A DNA stretch of 64,000 bases, taken from positions 62,001 through 126,000 of IMG/VR virus record IMGVR_UViG_3300009093_000035; one strand, written 5' to 3'. The first letter of the stretch is position 1, and each line of letters begins with the position of its first letter. Shown one piece after another: positions 10,201 through 20,227 of this stretch. The notes under the pieces are model-generated. The model was not told the DNA's origin and did no database searches. It worked only from the letters and a program-made list of their open reading frames with translations. The translations under genes and the position numbers were made by a program.

Positions 10201-12270
10201 GACCTCAGCAGTCGGCGCGGTAGCCGTCGACCCCGTATCCACAATCGAGGTCTCGGGGAGATCCAGGCTGGAGAAGTCGGTCGTATCGACCGTCCGATAC
10301 CCTAGAACGCTCGCCCCTACGAGGATCTGAGCGAAGTTCGAAGCGAGAAGCTCCAGACGAGCCGCTGAAGAAGCTACGCCGCCGCGCTCCCCGCGGCCCT
10401 GGAGACCGCTCTCTTCGGCGTCGAGCCCGAAGAAGAAGAACAGGGGATTGATCCGCTCCGGGTCGAGCGCCATGACGACGTTCGGGAAGCCGAGGACTCG
10501 CGGGATCCCACTGTTGTCAAGGTACTGGAGCGACCGAGGAGGAAGACTCGTCTGACCAAGATCGATCGAGGCGATCCCGTTCCCGCTCGGATCTCCCGGT
10601 GGGATGAACTTCCGACGCCGAGCTACGAGGTTCAACGTCGTTGTGCAGCTCCCGCCGAAGGTGAAGGCGTGGGAGACCGACTGGACGTAGTAGAAGCAGT
10701 CGATGTGAGGGATGTAGACGGGGAAGCCCTGACGGATCTCCGGGCGAAGCGGAATCGTCACCGAAGCCGCGTTCATCCCCTGGTTGATGCGGTCGAGATT
10801 CGCGACGGCCGCGTAGTAGGCCGAACGCGCGTTCGAGTAGTAGTTCGACTCCAGCGATCCTTCGCGCCAGCCGAACTGAGCGATCAAGCGGTAGTCGTAG
10901 TAGGTCGAACGGACGCCCCATTCCGCCTCGTCGACCGCCCCACGGATGTTCTGGAAGGGGCCGCCGCGAACCGTCGCGTACGTCGCCTCAGGCTCCGTCT
11001 CGGAGAACGAGATCGAAATCACGTCTTCCGGTTCGATCCGATAGACCCGAGACGAACTCGTATCCAGGTTGTAGAGGGGTGGCTTGAAGACCAGGTCCCC
11101 ATCCATGTCCTGGTAGAACTCGTAGCCGCAGATGTTCGAGACCTGGGTGGCGATGTCGAGCTTCGTCTCGTACGTCGTCTCGAAGAAGTTGACCTGACCC
11201 CACTGAGAGATGTCGTTGACGAACGCCTGCATCTGGGGAACCACGACACCGTAGTCCCGCCCGGTTCCGCCCGAGGAAGCGAGAAGTCGAAGATCCGCGC
11301 CCCTAAGGATCCGCCCGTCCCCGTCCCGATCGATCAGGTTGAAGGCCGCCGCGGACGACGCGAGGGGGTCTCGCTCGGGCCTAGAAGCCCCCGTCACGAC
11401 CGAGATAAGACGGGCGTCCCCTCCGCCCAAACGGGCGAGGTAGGCCTGCGTAGAGCCCGAGAACAGTTGTCCTGAGGCGCCGTGCATCCGGAGCCCGTAC
11501 ATCCCCTGCATGAACCGGCGTTCCCAGTACCGGATCGCCATCGAGTACAGGGAGTCCCCGGAAGCGGTCGAGACCGCCTGCATGTTCGTCCGGCTCTGGA
11601 GCGCGAACCCGACTCCGGAAGCTGCGCCGGCCGTATCCCTGTAGAGCGAGTAGATGATGGAGAACGGGCTCATGCCCGTGAAGATGTGACCGCGGAGGTT
11701 CGTCCGGACCCCGGAGTTGTTCGGTCGAGCGCCGAAGAACGAACCGTTGGAGGCGATCTGCATGTACTGCCAGAAGTGCAGCATGCCGGAACACGTCATC
11801 GATCCAGAGAAGAAACCCCCCGAATACTCGTGGGAGACCTGGGTGACGACGCCATGGAAGGCCGGGTAGTAGGGGTACTGAGGGATGTCCGAGAGACGAA
11901 CGCCCGCGACGCTCGCCGAGGCGGGATCAGCGTCCGGATCCGCGAGCCCCGTCATCGGGAAGTACCCGCGGAAGTAGATGTGGACTTCCAACCCGTTCCG
12001 AAGAAGCGTGTTGCCGTCTCGGAAGATGGAATCCCCGTATGAACGAGGAATCGAGAACGAGATACTGGCCGAGGAGGCGCCCGCGTCGACCCCTGCGTCC
12101 ACCGACACGCTTGTCACGAACTGCTGGATGTCGATGTTGTGACGGCACGTGGGACAACCCGCGAGGCTCGTATCCCCGTTGAGGTACACGAGCGCGTCGG
12201 GGGTCCACTGGATGACCTTCCGGCGATTCGGGGCGAAGGTCCCCGCATACGGTCTGTCGAGAAGGCTCAT
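7216..12270 (-). CDS. Baseplate hub / tail-associated protein with internal muramidase-like segment (1684 aa)
   Basis: Position after tape measure and tube initiators. N-terminal hub-like region (GYEFYQDMDGDLVFKPP). Internal RSIESG ... IEY ... SFGYYQVLG matches the N-acetylmuramidase (DUF3380) pattern ES ... FE ... SWGxFQIMG. Confidence 0.7.
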   Translation of the reverse strand: MSLLDRPYAGTFAPNRRKVIQWTPDALVYLNGDTSLAGCPTCRHNIDIQQFVTSVSVDAGVDAGASSASISFSIPRSYGDSIFRDGNTLLRNGLEVHIYFRGYFPMTGLADPDADPASASVAGVRLSDIPQYPYYPAFHGVVTQVSHEYSGGFFSGSMTCSGMLHFWQYMQIASNGSFFGARPNNSGVRTNLRGHIFTGMSPFSIIYSLYRDTAGAASGVGFALQSRTNMQAVSTASGDSLYSMAIRYWERRFMQGMYGLRMHGASGQLFSGSTQAYLARLGGGDARLISVVTGASRPERDPLASSAAAFNLIDRDGDGRILRGADLRLLASSGGTGRDYGVVVPQMQAFVNDISQWGQVNFFETTYETKLDIATQVSNICGYEFYQDMDGDLVFKPPLYNLDTSSSRVYRIEPEDVISISFSETEPEATYATVRGGPFQNIRGAVDEAEWGVRSTYYDYRLIAQFGWREGSLESNYYSNARSAYYAAVANLDRINQGMNAASVTIPLRPEIRQGFPVYIPHIDCFYYVQSVSHAFTFGGSCTTTLNLVARRRKFIPPGDPSGNGIASIDLGQTSLPPRSLQYLDNSGIPRVLGFPNVVMALDPERINPLFFFFGLDAEESGLQGRGERGGVASSAARLELLASNFAQILVGASVLGYRTVDTTDFSSLDLPETSIVDTGSTATAPTAEVTSATPVSTLGSRSREDIIAGPWIIQVGPATNITITPDQLRQGLGSLIAVRGTVRQRITVISRRIQVLEREYQNANTSADRRTAIRELISGLRAEAAGLNTFLTGDGTFQDLRADSNINLSGVDIRLTAIVNYLINQVRQRNPASAGRDMSVDSTGALNDSSTILDLLNDRKASLGLNTPGYYRYYSSAHPSPDQQGYISLTSESGATARATTDATTPVSSDSDPALASETSATESSEPSLSTVGIAALSRDDDDLETNLTDEQLRDFVKLENVTPVQGLNVRTFVSQVPTPTPTDQIFALSFEQRSASRFGTRRVFRLDPGESSASVIRAFRSCLTASSALGRALGDRLYAQVVSLALNTNVAITGGELLTRVLARDNVTGLLGTGDVPVEGTDISGGTPNNHAEAPAGTDVTSTAIGVATNIRTICINKGNALIQQVSEANSAAINQAIHIVDTETPVSGTTTTTAPTPAPATESDSQLASRISGRGTISADVVRATRSIESGTPANPRAIRIEYGRLARRGIDIPHEGRTTRADLDDALASHPNPDDQAMILSQTSFGYYQVLGAVDTPAGLSAFDNDPVGFSNDSFVNYVNGFPRVQNAMVAVTADPSQENIDALSAAYTGADPNTAAGQEQIGRRSALFSAALSDQNLGSTSSSARRTSASTTGGLEISGVAATQLSGALSRWSRDITALFGGRFPSGPLPFVFATERGVIEEPVHTFSPVFPVSDAVGYEHYGTYQYGRGLSIEPGGNYEVLMGTDPFQYVDPDLAYRFADAVRRSGAPVVDGRVTLGPEALQALREIASDDQFVRSPGADIAIRIFREDNPESQEEEQTAMIASGLANYVMSSRDAITHLPVTNAAFRLSDLTPFEEHDTCSCRGAEADLLLAAYMSGSNNNTFVSVDAPDQASQWVAQQMRLAADSWTLSQSALRGSALSSQGRRSAFDSIQGILGIASQATTTVNQLGGDLQGATDPTSQNIQRLNAISTQIGRRV

Positions 12271-13493
12271 GTTCGGCGACTAGTGACTACGGTCCCTGTC
12301 GTGGGCGACACACCTACGGTCGCTCCGGACCAGGGTTGAGCCGGAGTCGATCCCCCTACCGTGGGGGCGGTGAAGATCTGATTGCTGGACCCGAGGAACG
12401 TCCGAGAGAGGCGCGATCCGGGGGAAGGCGAGTTCGAGGCCGAGGGGTTGTAGAAGTTGCTGCCCGGGGCGTTCTCCGGCGAGATCGAAACGCGCTGACC
12501 GGCCTGGTCGTAGGTCCGGATCGCTACGAACTCGATCTCGAACTTCAACCCACCGTTCTGAAGGGTCTCCTCTTCGGAGTACGAAAACGAATCCATGTGA
12601 CCCACGTACACGTTCTGGTCGTACTCGATCGCGAGGTTACCCACCATGAGCGAAGCCCGCGAGCGCCTACCAGTCGCGTTCGCGGTGAGGTCAGAGATGT
12701 TACCGCCGCTCTGGTACAAGGCCAGTACAGCCATGAGCTGCTGGTACGAAGCCGAGTCTCGCTTCGAGGCGTACTGGACTCCGGAGGCGACATTCTGGGA
12801 AGCCGACGTCTTCATCGCGTTGAACGCGCCGATCGTACAAGAGAAAGAGATTTTCTCCAGTTCTTCTCCCCAGGCCTGGTAGATGTACCCGTATCGGTTC
12901 CGCTCCTGGAACTGGGCGATCTTCGAGTAGTTGATCGTGAATGAGCTAGGGTTGATGTACAGAACAAGAGGCGGGATGTCGAGGATTCGACGAAGCTGGA
13001 GAAGGATCGATAGAGCCGAGGCGTCGTTCGCCAAGGCCGGAAGGATCCTCGACCGGGGCGCTCCGGGAACCGTCGGGGAGATCGCCTGATTCTGAGTGAG
13101 GTTGGCGATCCCAGCTTCGATCGAAGAGACGCTCGCCGAAGTCAGGCCCGGGATCGTCGTCCCTGCCTTCAGGAGATTCGTGTAGGTCTCGTCGGCTACC
13201 TCAACCCGACGAGCGTTCAACCCGCGGATCGCCCCGGCGTAGTCGACCGGGTTTCCGACCGAAGTGTTCACCCCGTCCGAAGTTGTACTGCTGGGAGTCG
13301 CGACGGGGATGACGTTCGTCCGGTCCCCGAGAATCAGAGGCGGGAGAACGCGAATCACGAACGGAGAGAAGGCTCGGAGACTCGCCTTCGAGCCGTCGAT
13401 CGGAATCGTGACCTGAGTCTCGTACTCACGTTCGAAGTTCGGCCCGGTGGGGAGTCCTTCGAAGAAACGAGCTGGTTGAGTCGGATTCGGCAT
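12267..13493 (-). CDS. Baseplate/tail-tube initiator-like protein (paralogue of 13495..14154)
   Basis: LVLYINPSSFTINYSK ... WGEE ... ASYQQLMAVLALY aligns by eye with the neighbour; position between tape measure and hub. Confidence 0.6.
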   Translation of the reverse strand: MPNPTQPARFFEGLPTGPNFEREYETQVTIPIDGSKASLRAFSPFVIRVLPPLILGDRTNVIPVATPSSTTSDGVNTSVGNPVDYAGAIRGLNARRVEVADETYTNLLKAGTTIPGLTSASVSSIEAGIANLTQNQAISPTVPGAPRSRILPALANDASALSILLQLRRILDIPPLVLYINPSSFTINYSKIAQFQERNRYGYIYQAWGEELEKISFSCTIGAFNAMKTSASQNVASGVQYASKRDSASYQQLMAVLALYQSGGNISDLTANATGRRSRASLMVGNLAIEYDQNVYVGHMDSFSYSEEETLQNGGLKFEIEFVAIRTYDQAGQRVSISPENAPGSNFYNPSASNSPSPGSRLSRTFLGSSNQIFTAPTVGGSTPAQPWSGATVGVSPTTGTVVTSRRT

Positions 13494-13494
13494 C

Positions 13495-14154
13495 TCAGGT
13501 CCCCGTTCGGTTCAGGGGTACCAGAGGGACGTTGATAGTCCGAAGTACGTGCTTCTCGTTGTCGACCGTGAAATTGCCGGTAAGAGTGAACTGGTAGGGC
13601 TTCTCCGCGGTCTCCTCGACCGAAAGATTGGCGAACCATCCGTTCCACGTCCCACCGTCGAACGACATGCGGATCTGGCCCTGGAGAGCGATCTGACCGT
13701 AGGTGTCGTAGATCGCCCCGTTGTTCTTGAAGAGGGCGAGGAAGTCCAGGTACTTGTCGTAAGCGATCGTGTCTCGACGAGTCCCACCCACGCCCGTAGC
13801 CTGCATGGAAGCGGGAAGGATGTTCGCGTTCGAGGCGGTAGGTCCGGTGATGTTCGAGAGCCCCGCGAAGAGACGAACGAACCCGCCTGTGGCGAGGTTG
13901 AGGGCCACTTCCGAGGGAGCTTCCCCCCAATGGGCCTCTACGAATCCGCCGAAGGTCTGGACCCGTTCGATCACCTTCGTGTAGGTGATCTGCATCGAGC
14001 TGGGGTTGACGTGAAGGACGAGCTTCAGATCTCCGAGGAGGGACGTTCGACGATCCGGCGCCAGGATGTCGAACACGACCGGACGCTTCCCCGTACCGGC
14101 GAACTCGTCGGCAGGAGACTGGAACGCCGATCGGACGATCGAACGATCAGGCAC
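13495..14154 (-). CDS. Baseplate/tail-tube initiator-like protein
   Basis: LVLHVNPSSMQITYTK ... WGEA ... IAYDKYLDFLALF; directly follows the tape measure gene. Confidence 0.6.
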   Translation of the reverse strand: MPDRSIVRSAFQSPADEFAGTGKRPVVFDILAPDRRTSLLGDLKLVLHVNPSSMQITYTKVIERVQTFGGFVEAHWGEAPSEVALNLATGGFVRLFAGLSNITGPTASNANILPASMQATGVGGTRRDTIAYDKYLDFLALFKNNGAIYDTYGQIALQGQIRMSFDGGTWNGWFANLSVEETAEKPYQFTLTGNFTVDNEKHVLRTINVPLVPLNRTGT

Positions 14155-17100
14155 GCGTCGTCACTCTCCCCGGAGTCACTCCGGATTCTCGGAGAACACG
14201 CTTCACGACGTCGAAGACTCGGCGTTCGTCGCCGCCGTAGATGTGGAAGTTGTTGTTGATCGTACCGCCCCCAGCTCCGGCCCGGTCGAGCGCTCCGCCT
14301 TCCTTCGAACCCACGAGCACGTCAGCTGAATCGATCGGAGTGATCGACCCTCGGACTCCCCCGCCGCGGTAGATGAAGTCGTTGACTTCCGGAGCGATGT
14401 CAGGGGACGTCCCAGCTTCGGACCCTGTGTCCATCGGGAAGCGGTGGGCGCGACCCGCCGTCGCCGCCCCACGAGCGCCAGGCATGATACCCAGATTCGC
14501 CAAAGACCCTGCCAGAGCCGAGCCCTCTTCGAACCCGCCAGATCCGGAGATCGCCGCCTGTAGCTCAGGGGTCAACGTCCCGGTCTGGAAGTACGTGTCG
14601 AGAGCCTCGCTCGCTTTCTCCGGGTCGAGGCCCGAAGCGAAGGCGAGAGAAGCGAACTGCTGCTTCACCTGTGCGGCTACGATCGCATCCGGAAGGTCGG
14701 ACTTCGCGATCATGTCGCCGACCTTTCGGTCCTTCGTCATGATCTTCGTGAGGTGCTTGTTCGCCTCGTCGCCGATCGTCTCCATCGTCGAGCGGGTTTC
14801 CGCGTGCTCGTCCCGGGTAACCGCCGACGAAGCGTCCAAGGTCTTCACGATCGGATCCGTCACGAGAGCCGCCTGCTCTTCCGTCGCCGCCGTTACGGCC
14901 TGACCTCCGCCGCCGCCCCCGCCTCCGAGACGGGCCCGCGCGCGCTCCTCGACACGACGGGCGGCCTCCGAGCCGCTCAACGTGTAGGACTGAGTCGTGG
15001 TCGTAGCCGCCGCGTCGGCAGCGTCGAGACCCGAGCGACCCATGGCCGCCCCGGACATATGACCCCCACCCGCAACCGTCTTCGTTCCGGTGAGGCCCGA
15101 ATAGTCTCCGGACGAGAGCTTCCGGAGTTCGGTGGAGACCTCCGACATGATCGCCCGAGACTCCTCCGCCGTCCGACGGGCCGAAGCCAACTGAGCGGTT
15201 TCCTCCGGGGAAAGAGTCCCCTGAGCCTCTTTCGTCGAAAGCTGGGAGATCGTCCGACTCGCCTGAGACCCCGAGTCCATCGCCCGCCGTGAGGTATCCT
15301 GAAGAGCGCCTCGGGCGGAGATCGCGGCCTGACGAGCTTCAGAGCCTCCTCCGAGACCCAACGTCTTCGAGAGCCAGGTGATCAGGGGTTGGCCCACGTC
15401 TTCGTAGAGACCTCGGACGTAGAAGAGGATCTTGTTCTCCAGGATGTCGGCGATCGTCGTCGTCGCGTCGAACGCATCGTATGCGAGACTCATCGCCTCG
15501 TCCCGAGCCTCAGTGACTTGGGTGTCTCCCCGTTCGATCGTCGCCGTGAGGAGATCCATCGACGAGGTGACGGCCGCTCCATTCTGATCCGCGATCTCGC
15601 CGTTCTTCGTGATGTGAGCCCCGAAGCGCTGATCCTGTTCCTTCTGAAGGGCTTCCAGTTCGGCGGCCGTGGCGGGAGGATGCTGAGCAGACGTCTGGAG
15701 CAGCCGGTAGCTTCCCTCGGAAGCTCGGGCGAGAGCCTGGTACTGCTCGATCTGAGCCCCAGACATGCCCGTGATCTGCTCCGCAGCCATGCGGTCGATA
15801 CCCGTGAGCTCATCGAGAGGACGGCCAAGGATAGCCATCGCACTCTGGAGCTTCATCGCAATCGTAGCTCCGGGGTCGAGGCCCGACATAGCGTCAGCCA
15901 TGTCCGCCATCTCTCCGGTCGTACCCCGAGCGACGGTCGTGAGCTGATCCAACTGGCGACCAAGAGAAGAGACGGTCTTGTCGGTCGAACTCTCGAACGC
16001 GGCAGTGATGACCTCCTGGTCGCTTCGGGAAAGGTTGGCCAGCTCCTTCACCAGCGTCTGACCCGAAGTATCCTCGCGAGCCGCCTTCGAAATCGACACG
16101 CCAGACTGACCGGCCATCTGAATCGCGCGGTCGATCTCACCCTGATTCATCGTCTGAGAGAGGTCTTGAAGGAAGCTGCTCGCCTGGCGCTGGGCGCTCC
16201 GGTCGATCACGTTCTTCGTACGACCCTGACCGGTCGTCATGATCGCTCGGTAACGATCGGACGTCGAGACGTCCTTGTACCCGCCGGCCGCGCCTCCGAT
16301 CACCTCAGCAGCCTGCTTCTCACCCAACGTCTTCGTCATCTTGATGAGAAGGTCCGCCGTCTGGTCGAGATGGGTGTTGAGGGACGCCTGCCCCGCGGAC
16401 GCCTGAGTGATCAAGGAGTAGAAACGACGGGTCGAGAAGCCCGCGTCCGTTGCCTGCTTCGCGACGAGAGCGAACTGACCGGTCACGTTCTCCAAGCTGA
16501 AAGCGAGCGTGTCCGTGTACTCTGCGAGAGTCCCCGCGAACTCCGAGACCCCGACGCCGAGAGACTTCGCTACGGAGACCGTCGAACGCATCGCGACCTG
16601 GAGTCGGTTCTCCGCGTCCGCCGCGTCTACTGCGCCCTTCGTGAAGCGACCGAGCGAGTAACCGCCCGCGTCGAATGCATCGAAGACCCCGAGGGCCTCC
16701 TGTTCGGTCAGGCCGAGAGTCGCGGTGAGGTCCTGAACAGAGTGGCGGATCACCTTCAGGTTGTCGTCGAGCGTGGGCATCCCCACGTTCATGACGCTTC
16801 GAGTTCCGAACGTGTTGATGACGCTCTTGTTGAACTCCTTCACCTCCTTGTCCATCTCGAACAGGACCGCCCCGAGGGCTCCCGCTAGGATGACCAGAGG
16901 TCCGAGAACCGTAAGGGCCGCCCCGAGGCCAGTAGCGAGAACGCCCATGGCTCCACCAACCGCTCCGAGACCCTTCGCCATCTCGGCGAGGTTTCCGATC
17001 CCCTTCCCGAGGCCTGCCGATCCTCCTGACAGCATCTCTCCGATGTTGATGTTCTGGAGACCGGAGCGAAGGTTCGTGATGCTTCCTTCGAGGCGTTCGT

Positions 17101-17689
17101 TGAACTCGTCGGCACCTTTGATGGCGTCGCGACGAAACATCTTCATGAACTCGGCCGCGCGCTCCGCCCCCCGGACAACCTGATCGGTCGTTCGGTCGAG
17201 AGCCTTTGCCGCCTTCAGTTGCTCGGTGGTGATGGCTTCGAGTTCCTGGTTGGCCGCACGAAGTGCCTCCGAGAACCCTTCCATCTCGTTGTTGTTCAGC
17301 TGCTGGAGGAGCTTGCACTTCTCCTTGAAGAGGTTCCGCTCCGCCGTCTTCCGCGCCTTGATGTCCTGGGAGAGGGTCTCCGAGTTCAGATCTCGCGTCA
17401 GGTTCGCGAGCTTCTCCTGGACCTCTTGGAGCTTTCGTCCGACCTTCCCGGCGTTCTGAGCCTCTTGGGCGTAGGAGAGAGCCTGGAACTTCTTCTCCAA
17501 CTGAGTGCGCTTCTTCTCGAAGTTCTTCAGCCCATTCATGTAGCCGACGAAGGACCGCTTCTTGATCCCGGCTTCGAGGGCCTTGGCTACGACCGCGCTC
17601 GACTTGTCACCAGCCTTCTTCGCTTCCCGGACGAAGTCCGAGAAGTCGGCAGACATCCTAATTACATGGTCTGTCGTCTGGTTTGACAT
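14147..17689 (-). CDS. Tail tape measure protein (1180 aa)
   Basis: Long helical Ala/Gly/Lys/Glu-rich protein with a central hydrophobic Gly/Ala stretch; canonical position after tube and chaperones. Confidence 0.85.
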   Translation of the reverse strand: MSNQTTDHVIRMSADFSDFVREAKKAGDKSSAVVAKALEAGIKKRSFVGYMNGLKNFEKKRTQLEKKFQALSYAQEAQNAGKVGRKLQEVQEKLANLTRDLNSETLSQDIKARKTAERNLFKEKCKLLQQLNNNEMEGFSEALRAANQELEAITTEQLKAAKALDRTTDQVVRGAERAAEFMKMFRRDAIKGADEFNERLEGSITNLRSGLQNINIGEMLSGGSAGLGKGIGNLAEMAKGLGAVGGAMGVLATGLGAALTVLGPLVILAGALGAVLFEMDKEVKEFNKSVINTFGTRSVMNVGMPTLDDNLKVIRHSVQDLTATLGLTEQEALGVFDAFDAGGYSLGRFTKGAVDAADAENRLQVAMRSTVSVAKSLGVGVSEFAGTLAEYTDTLAFSLENVTGQFALVAKQATDAGFSTRRFYSLITQASAGQASLNTHLDQTADLLIKMTKTLGEKQAAEVIGGAAGGYKDVSTSDRYRAIMTTGQGRTKNVIDRSAQRQASSFLQDLSQTMNQGEIDRAIQMAGQSGVSISKAAREDTSGQTLVKELANLSRSDQEVITAAFESSTDKTVSSLGRQLDQLTTVARGTTGEMADMADAMSGLDPGATIAMKLQSAMAILGRPLDELTGIDRMAAEQITGMSGAQIEQYQALARASEGSYRLLQTSAQHPPATAAELEALQKEQDQRFGAHITKNGEIADQNGAAVTSSMDLLTATIERGDTQVTEARDEAMSLAYDAFDATTTIADILENKILFYVRGLYEDVGQPLITWLSKTLGLGGGSEARQAAISARGALQDTSRRAMDSGSQASRTISQLSTKEAQGTLSPEETAQLASARRTAEESRAIMSEVSTELRKLSSGDYSGLTGTKTVAGGGHMSGAAMGRSGLDAADAAATTTTQSYTLSGSEAARRVEERARARLGGGGGGGGQAVTAATEEQAALVTDPIVKTLDASSAVTRDEHAETRSTMETIGDEANKHLTKIMTKDRKVGDMIAKSDLPDAIVAAQVKQQFASLAFASGLDPEKASEALDTYFQTGTLTPELQAAISGSGGFEEGSALAGSLANLGIMPGARGAATAGRAHRFPMDTGSEAGTSPDIAPEVNDFIYRGGGVRGSITPIDSADVLVGSKEGGALDRAGAGGGTINNNFHIYGGDERRVFDVVKRVLRESGVTPGRVTTRA

Positions 17690-18891
17690 TAGTACGTGGG
17701 CTTCCGCCGAGCGATCAGATCATTCAGAGAAGGACGCTTCTCCACCTCGACTGGAGGTGCTACAGAGGGTTCGCTATAGACAACAAGCTTCCCGTCCTTC
17801 GCTTGAAGGGCTCCGGGGTCTGGGGCGTCTCTCAAGTAGCGGTTGAAGACCTTCGAAATAGGGTTCGATTCGACGATGAAGCGGGCCCCAGGTTTTCCCT
17901 TCTTCTGGAGGAGCGAAGAGACCTGGTCCTGGGTAAGGCCGACGAGGGACGGGATCGGAGCCCCCAGAGTCTTCTCTTCTTGCTCGCGACGCTCGCGGGC
18001 CCTTTCGAGAGACTCGGCCGATTCGATCTCAGCTTGCTCGTACTGGACGCGAACGCGCTCCTTGTAGTCGGAGACGACCTTGTCGTGGAAGTCCTGCTCT
18101 CCGGCCACCCACCGACGCATCTCCTCCGCCAGTTCCGAAGCCGAACGAGGCTGGCTGACCAGGAGAGAGGGATGGACAGCGCTGTCCCCGTTCTCGTTCA
18201 GAACCCCGATGTGAAGGTAGAACGCCCGGTCCTGGACCTCGGAACGTCGGGTACGTTCCGACTCGTGACGGGTCTTATCCTTCCCGTCCAGTTTCTTCGC
18301 GCCCTTCGGCGATTGAACCGAAACGAGGGTCTTCGTGAGGACCCACGAGTAGTCGTCGTTCAGTCGGTCGTCTTCGGATCGGTTCCACTGGACCCAAGCC
18401 GACTGGAACGGATTCAGACCCAGGCGCTCGACTCCGGGGATCCCAGCCTGAGACCAGACCGGGAAGTTCCCGTTGTTCGTGGACTTCCAGAGCCTTCGAG
18501 ACTCCTCTTCGTAGAGGTAAGACTCGAAGACCTGATTGGCCGCCTTCATCCGAGAAAAGAAACTGAGACACTGACAGAAGACCGCCCGTACGACCGACTT
18601 GTGAGCTGACTTCAAGACGTCGAGAGCGACCTTAGTGGAGTATGGGTAGGACTCCAGAAGGGGAATCCCGTCCACCATCCAGATACTCGCCGCTGCGATC
18701 TGGAAGGGCCACTCCGGTCCCCCCTCCTCCGCCGCCATGCGTAGGAGGTTGAGGTCGTTCGAAGACAGAGACCTCAACCCCAAAGTCGTCTTCCCGAACC
18801 TCACCCGAGACGTGAGGAATCCGGGGACGATCAGAGGAGCCAGGTCCTCGTAGATAGGCCCCCTCTGTTCCTTACTGGTGGAGGGAAGCAC
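17689..18891 (-). CDS. Tail assembly chaperone-like protein 2 (400 aa)
   Basis: Between tube and tape measure; N-terminal LGLRSLSSND resembles IWLRGLTPDE of the upstream gene. Confidence 0.55.
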   Translation of the reverse strand: MLPSTSKEQRGPIYEDLAPLIVPGFLTSRVRFGKTTLGLRSLSSNDLNLLRMAAEEGGPEWPFQIAAASIWMVDGIPLLESYPYSTKVALDVLKSAHKSVVRAVFCQCLSFFSRMKAANQVFESYLYEEESRRLWKSTNNGNFPVWSQAGIPGVERLGLNPFQSAWVQWNRSEDDRLNDDYSWVLTKTLVSVQSPKGAKKLDGKDKTRHESERTRRSEVQDRAFYLHIGVLNENGDSAVHPSLLVSQPRSASELAEEMRRWVAGEQDFHDKVVSDYKERVRVQYEQAEIESAESLERARERREQEEKTLGAPIPSLVGLTQDQVSSLLQKKGKPGARFIVESNPISKVFNRYLRDAPDPGALQAKDGKLVVYSEPSVAPPVEVEKRPSLNDLIARRKPTY

Positions 18892-18918
18892 GGCTTCGGG
18901 TCTCTCTCCGAGCCCCGC

Positions 18919-20196
18919 TTACTTCCGGCTGATCGGCTTGAAGCGGGGGTTGACGTTCTTCGAGGGAGGGTTGGTGACAACCGGCGGAGAGGCCGGGGCC
19001 GCCGGGGTCTTCCCGCGATCCGTCATGACCTGCTCCGGCATCTTGTAGACTTCCTTCCCATCCCTCATCCCGCTAAGGACAGGCTTCGGTTGGGCGGCGA
19101 TCTCCTTCTCGACGGTCTTCGCAGCGAGGTGGGGCGGAATCCTCCCTCGGCTCTGACGCATCTCCATGACCCGCTTGTTCTCTTCGAGAACGGCGGCCTC
19201 CATGGCGTCCGGATCGTTCGAGTCGACGAACGAAGAGGCCGGACCCTTCGGAAGGGTCGGTTCCGACGTCCCGGAGGCCGTAGGAGCGGTCGGGACGCCC
19301 GGAGGAGGCGGAGGAACGGGTCCCGTTGCTCGGGCGAATACGGGCTTCCGGGGACCCGCGGGAGGCTCAGGAGCCGACTCCTCCTCGTTCGCGGTTTCGA
19401 TCTCCGCGAGACGTTCGAGATCGTCGTAGAGCTTCTCTCGGGCCGCCTGCTGCTCTTCGGACTCCCCGGGCTCCTCTTCGGACCCCGACTCCTCCTCGAT
19501 CTCCCGCTCGACTTCCGACGGGATCACGACGGTCTCGGCCTCCAAGGTAGTCGTCCGCTGGTCGTCCTCCGCCGGAGCGGCCGTGGTGGTGGGACGGATA
19601 CGCGTCTTCTTCACCGCCGCGACCTGACGACGATTCGCCGTCCGGGAATCGGCGTTGGAAGCCGCCGTTCGACCCTTCTCATCCTTCAGCTCTCGAATCC
19701 GCTCTTCGAGACGGGCGATCTCCGCGTCGTGGTCGACCGGGTTCACCTCGATCAGGCCTTCGGCTTCCTTCTCGATCGAGTCCATCAACTCACCGAACTT
19801 CGTGTAGACAGCGACCTGCATCGGCCGAGACCACTTCCCGACGAGGTTCTGAAGGACCTCGTGACGGCGCTGCTTCACCTTCTGGCCGTTCTGAAGAACC
19901 TCCCCGGTCTCGATGAACTCCTCGTTCCGGAAGTCCAGGTCTCCGATCTGAACGATCGAGTAGCCGAGCGAGGCCTTCCGGAATCGATCCAGGTACTCCA
20001 GAGCACCGACCTGATCGGTGAGATCTCCCCCATCGACGATCGAGGCGCGAGCGCTCCGCTGGACGTCGATCTCCTCGTCCGGAGTCAGACCGCGCAGCCA
20101 GATCCTCGTCCCCAGTACGTCGAAGTCCAGCTCCCCTTTGCCCACAGAGGCCAAGGGGGCCATCGCTGTCTCTAGATCCTTCAGGGAAAGTCCCAC
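18919..20196 (-). CDS. Tail assembly chaperone-like protein 1 (425 aa) with acidic/Pro-rich low-complexity C-half
   Basis: Immediately downstream of the tube gene; globular N-domain followed by a disordered E/P-rich tail. Confidence 0.55.
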   Translation of the reverse strand: MGLSLKDLETAMAPLASVGKGELDFDVLGTRIWLRGLTPDEEIDVQRSARASIVDGGDLTDQVGALEYLDRFRKASLGYSIVQIGDLDFRNEEFIETGEVLQNGQKVKQRRHEVLQNLVGKWSRPMQVAVYTKFGELMDSIEKEAEGLIEVNPVDHDAEIARLEERIRELKDEKGRTAASNADSRTANRRQVAAVKKTRIRPTTTAAPAEDDQRTTTLEAETVVIPSEVEREIEEESGSEEEPGESEEQQAAREKLYDDLERLAEIETANEEESAPEPPAGPRKPVFARATGPVPPPPPGVPTAPTASGTSEPTLPKGPASSFVDSNDPDAMEAAVLEENKRVMEMRQSRGRIPPHLAAKTVEKEIAAQPKPVLSGMRDGKEVYKMPEQVMTDRGKTPAAPASPPVVTNPPSKNVNPRFKPISRK

Positions 20197-20227
20197 GGGG
20201 CGCTCCTTCGATCCCCGAAAACGGATT

